From NCBI GenBank assembly GCA_051874735.1, contig JBJEGD010000002.1, positions 32,001-96,000 of the forward strand: a stretch of 64,000 bases of DNA, in the 5' to 3' direction. Of this stretch, positions 60,873 through 64,000 are shown piece after piece. The notes under the pieces were generated by a model. That model did not search any database. It had not been told where the DNA came from and saw only the letters and a program-made list of their open reading frames with translations. A program made the translations under genes and the position numbers. How positions within the stretch are numbered: position 1 is the first letter of the stretch; each line of letters begins with the position of its first letter. The stretch comes from Candidatus Bruticola sp. Its GTDB lineage: Bacteria; Vulcanimicrobiota; Xenobia; Xenobiales; Xenobiaceae.

Positions 60873-63800
60873 ATGAACAGACTCACCCTTACTGCAGCCG
60901 TTTCATTACTTTTTCTTGCTCCTCTGTCGGCAGCTTACGCACAAGAGCCTCAAGTTCATGGCAAGCTATATAATTCCTATACTCGAGCGGTAGCTCAAGC
61001 CAACCCTTGGGATAAATACCAAGCTGAACCTGCTGGCTCAGGCTCTAAATCGGCCCCAGATAATCTGCCTAACAAAGCAGCTAACCAAACTCCATCCTCA
61101 AATTCTAGCACCGGTTCGCTTGCCAATCCCTGGGATAAATATCAAGCGGAGCCCGCTGGACGGCACCTCCCTGCTGCTAAATCATCTTCTCCATCTAAGG
61201 CAGCCTCTATGCCAGTTCCAGCTACAGCTGAAGGTGCTCCACAAATAGAAGACGGGCTTCCTGCGGCTACTGGCGCCAATCCCTGGGATAAGTACACTCC
61301 CGCTCCTACCGCCTCTAAAGCAAAAAAGAAAAACGTTGCCAAAGTAAAAGAGCGCCCTGAGAAATTAGAGTTAGCTGAACCGCTGCCGATCGGTGAAATT
61401 CCCCAAGGAACTCCCGTGCTCAAAAACAATTTAGCCGTCGGCATCGACAACTACTTTGCTATAGAATATTCGGATCAATTAGTCGGCTATTCACATTACA
61501 AAATTAACCGCCTTTTAACCTTAGGTGGTCAATCCACTTATGTAATGGATTCGGCGTCTCGCATAAAAATGGGTGTCGATTCTGTACAAGATCTGAAATT
61601 TACCGCTAACACCCAAATAGATAAAAAGACTTTAGCTCCAGCTCTTTTCCTCTGTGTGCAAGGGGAAGCAAAAAGCCAAGAAGCCTTGAGCGTCAACTGC
61701 ATATATTCCGAAGATTTTATCGCGCAAAACAACAATTATATGGGCAAGGAGCAGGGGTATCTGCAAAAATACGCTGATGGGAAGCCTCCGCTGCTCGTCT
61801 TTAACAATTTATGGGGGCACCTCGATACTTTCCCTGAACATTACTGGCTGATGGTTAGAGCGGCTTCTCAAGGAGGAGTTCTTGAGACTTACGATCCCAT
61901 ACTCCAAGGCATAGGCAAAACTATAGTTTATAAGCCCATTAAGGAGACTTGGAAAGATCGAAACGGTCAAGCTCACACAACTTTTGTCTATAAAATTACA
62001 GATGCGTTCTCAGCACCTTTAGCCTACGTGCGTGTTTATGCTAAAAATTACGAATTAGCTGAGATAAGAGAGATTGGCTCAGGTTTAGTTTTCCGCCGTT
62101 CTACTCCCGGTGTCGTGGCTGCAGTAGAAAAGTCGCCTGGACAGCGCATCAAAGCTAATGCAGAAATATCCAATGTATATTTTCAAGATCCTGATAAGCT
62201 CACATATTTGGAGGCTTTCGTTGATCTGCGTCTGCGCGGAGGAGAATTGGCCCAACATCAAGTTAGGGGCTACAAGCAAAAATTTTACGGCGAAGTCAAA
62301 GAAGGGAAAATTAGAGGACGAGCGGTCGTTCAAAGTGAGATTGAAAATAACGAGCCCGAGGCAAAATTTCCCTTTAATGTCGATGTACCACCTGAGCTTG
62401 AAAAGTATCTTCAAGCTTGCCCAGGTATTGAACTTGAAGTTACCAGCCTGACTACCAAAGCTAAAGAGATTACTTGGAAATCGGAAAGTGCCTTTCAAGC
62501 TGCTCAGCGTCTGAACGGCTACGTATCTAATCAAATAGGTGAAGGCGTAGCTCTTCCTTCAGCTAGACAGACTTTAGAGAACCAGATAGGTAATCCCGAA
62601 GGCAAAGCTCTGCTACTTACGGCCATGCTGCGCGCTCTGAAAATTCCGGCCCGCATGGTAGGTGGCTTGTCTTATAATAATGGCTCCTTCACTGCCCATC
62701 GCTGGGTTGAAGCCTGGCTGGGTCCTAAAGACGGCTGGATTCCTTTCGATCCTAGCACTAACGAATCAGGTTTTATTAACGCTTCCCATATAACTTTGTG
62801 GGAGAGCGGCGATCTGCAAGCTATGGATGTTTACGTTGAGAAGTTCTCTCCCCGTCCGGCCCGCACGACCTCGTATTTCAAAACTCCTCTTAAGTGGCCT
62901 ATAGGTGAGAAACGAACCTACTTTATTTATCATCAGGGCAAACTAATTGGTTTAGAAAGTTCCCATATGTACGATATGGAAGTAAACGAAGGAGGAGAAA
63001 CTTATAACTTTAAGTCTGAATCGGTCATAATTAGGGAGGATGCCCCCTTAATATTCGAGAGTACTCTAAATTTAAATCAAAACGGATTGCCCGTCTCATT
63101 CAGTTCTTCTGAAGATAATGGTCAACGTGTACATCACGAAGCTTTTAGTTTCCAGGGCACTAATATAGTCCAAAATTTATCCTTGAAAGATTCCCCATCG
63201 CTGCCTAGGCCGGCTAAATCTAAAATGCGGTTAGAGCGTGAAAAACAAGAAGCTGAACAGGCTACTTCGGCTAGACAAGCAGAAGAGGTTATGGAGAATA
63301 ATCCACCTGCTCCTGAAACCATTCAAGTAGACAACTCTTCAGATTCAGAGGTTGTCCAGTCCTCAACTACCTCAGCGGCAGTGACCAATTCAGCAGTTCA
63401 GACTCAGGACAATAATACAGAGAAACTAGCAGAAGCGGCCTCTGCTGATTCTTCTAAGCCTACCGATCCGACAGAGCAGAAAAACTCTCAATCAAGCTCT
63501 GACAAACCTACTGACAACGAAGTTAATAGCAGCGAAACGGAACAGTTAGGGCAAAGTTTAGGAGAGGCGGCTCAAAATTCTCAGCAAGATATAACAGGAT
63601 CAGACGACTCTCCGGAGCCAGCTGTTTCTGATGAGGCAAAAGCTGCAGCAGAAGCTGAAGCCCAAAAACAAGCAGATTTAAAGGCCCGTCAAGCAGCTAA
63701 GGAGAAACTTATAGAAGTCAAAGCTTGCTACGACGAAGCCAAGCAGACGGAAGCAGCTAAACAGCAAGATAATTCAACTCAAGAAAGCAGCCCTTCCTCT

Positions 63801-64000
63801 CTTCCAGATGAAGATGCAGAGATAACAACGAGGCGGATTCCTTATTCTGTAGGGACCTATCTTGTTGATCCTCGCTTCCTTTCTCAGTGGGCTTTAGTTG
63901 TCGAACAGAGTCCTGCAGTAGCTTCTGAGACGTCATCGGAAGCCTCAAATGACGCATCTGCCTCCCCTTCTATGCCTAACGTTGATCCCAATGTTGGCGT
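60873..64000 (+). CDS. Large secreted transglutaminase-like domain protein (partial, runs off window)
   Basis: Not in ORF track (no stop seen). Signal MNRLTLTAAVSLLFLAPLSAAYA; in-frame GNPEGKALLLTAMLRALKIPARMVGG..HRWVE..WIPFDP. Confidence 0.88.
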   Translation, partial: MNRLTLTAAVSLLFLAPLSAAYAQEPQVHGKLYNSYTRAVAQANPWDKYQAEPAGSGSKSAPDNLPNKAANQTPSSNSSTGSLANPWDKYQAEPAGRHLPAAKSSSPSKAASMPVPATAEGAPQIEDGLPAATGANPWDKYTPAPTASKAKKKNVAKVKERPEKLELAEPLPIGEIPQGTPVLKNNLAVGIDNYFAIEYSDQLVGYSHYKINRLLTLGGQSTYVMDSASRIKMGVDSVQDLKFTANTQIDKKTLAPALFLCVQGEAKSQEALSVNCIYSEDFIAQNNNYMGKEQGYLQKYADGKPPLLVFNNLWGHLDTFPEHYWLMVRAASQGGVLETYDPILQGIGKTIVYKPIKETWKDRNGQAHTTFVYKITDAFSAPLAYVRVYAKNYELAEIREIGSGLVFRRSTPGVVAAVEKSPGQRIKANAEISNVYFQDPDKLTYLEAFVDLRLRGGELAQHQVRGYKQKFYGEVKEGKIRGRAVVQSEIENNEPEAKFPFNVDVPPELEKYLQACPGIELEVTSLTTKAKEITWKSESAFQAAQRLNGYVSNQIGEGVALPSARQTLENQIGNPEGKALLLTAMLRALKIPARMVGGLSYNNGSFTAHRWVEAWLGPKDGWIPFDPSTNESGFINASHITLWESGDLQAMDVYVEKFSPRPARTTSYFKTPLKWPIGEKRTYFIYHQGKLIGLESSHMYDMEVNEGGETYNFKSESVIIREDAPLIFESTLNLNQNGLPVSFSSSEDNGQRVHHEAFSFQGTNIVQNLSLKDSPSLPRPAKSKMRLEREKQEAEQATSARQAEEVMENNPPAPETIQVDNSSDSEVVQSSTTSAAVTNSAVQTQDNNTEKLAEAASADSSKPTDPTEQKNSQSSSDKPTDNEVNSSETEQLGQSLGEAAQNSQQDITGSDDSPEPAVSDEAKAAAEAEAQKQADLKARQAAKEKLIEVKACYDEAKQTEAAKQQDNSTQESSPSSLPDEDAEITTRRIPYSVGTYLVDPRFLSQWALVVEQSPAVASETSSEASNDASASPSMPNVDPNVG
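60999..61305 (+). repeat. Three ANPWDKY peptide motifs in a low-complexity N-terminal region
   Basis: In-frame copies at 60999, 61122 and 61275; the first two read ANPWDKYQAEPAG. Confidence 0.85.

Noticed and set aside
61142-63957. Short ORF-track calls at the right end
   Set aside because: All overlap the large plus-strand ORF starting at 60873.

Overview
Mostly core bacterial chromosome (~45% GC by eye). The left edge holds the end of a probably acquired type I restriction-modification island (hsdM plus a 5'-truncated HTH gene). The rest includes mscL, tRNA-fMet, nhaA, smc, deoB, an alpha-2-macroglobulin, two CNNM/HlyC genes, slyD, htrA, coaD, groES/groEL, a family-B DNA polymerase, nadE and several lineage-specific envelope proteins. 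I saw no CRISPR array, rRNA or transposase. Five signals stand out. (1) Membrane-anchored proteins carry prokaryotic ubiquitin-system-type domains: a JAB/MPN-TM-LysM protein abutting an NlpC/P60 peptidase, and a RING-like/zinc-ribbon-TM protein next to a stand-alone FtsH N-terminal module. (2) An anthrax-lethal-factor-like zinc protease lacks a Sec signal and has a D-x-V-x-L-S motif shared with another orphan. (3) At least six intact ORFs appear to have lost catalytic residues (RluE, GH57, JAB, PolB exonuclease, NadE glutaminase, transglutaminase). (4) A 165-bp intragenic tandem array has a 330-bp higher-order period. (5) Several intergenic regions look like structured RNAs. All motif calls were made by eye from recalled family consensus; no searches or folding programs were run.
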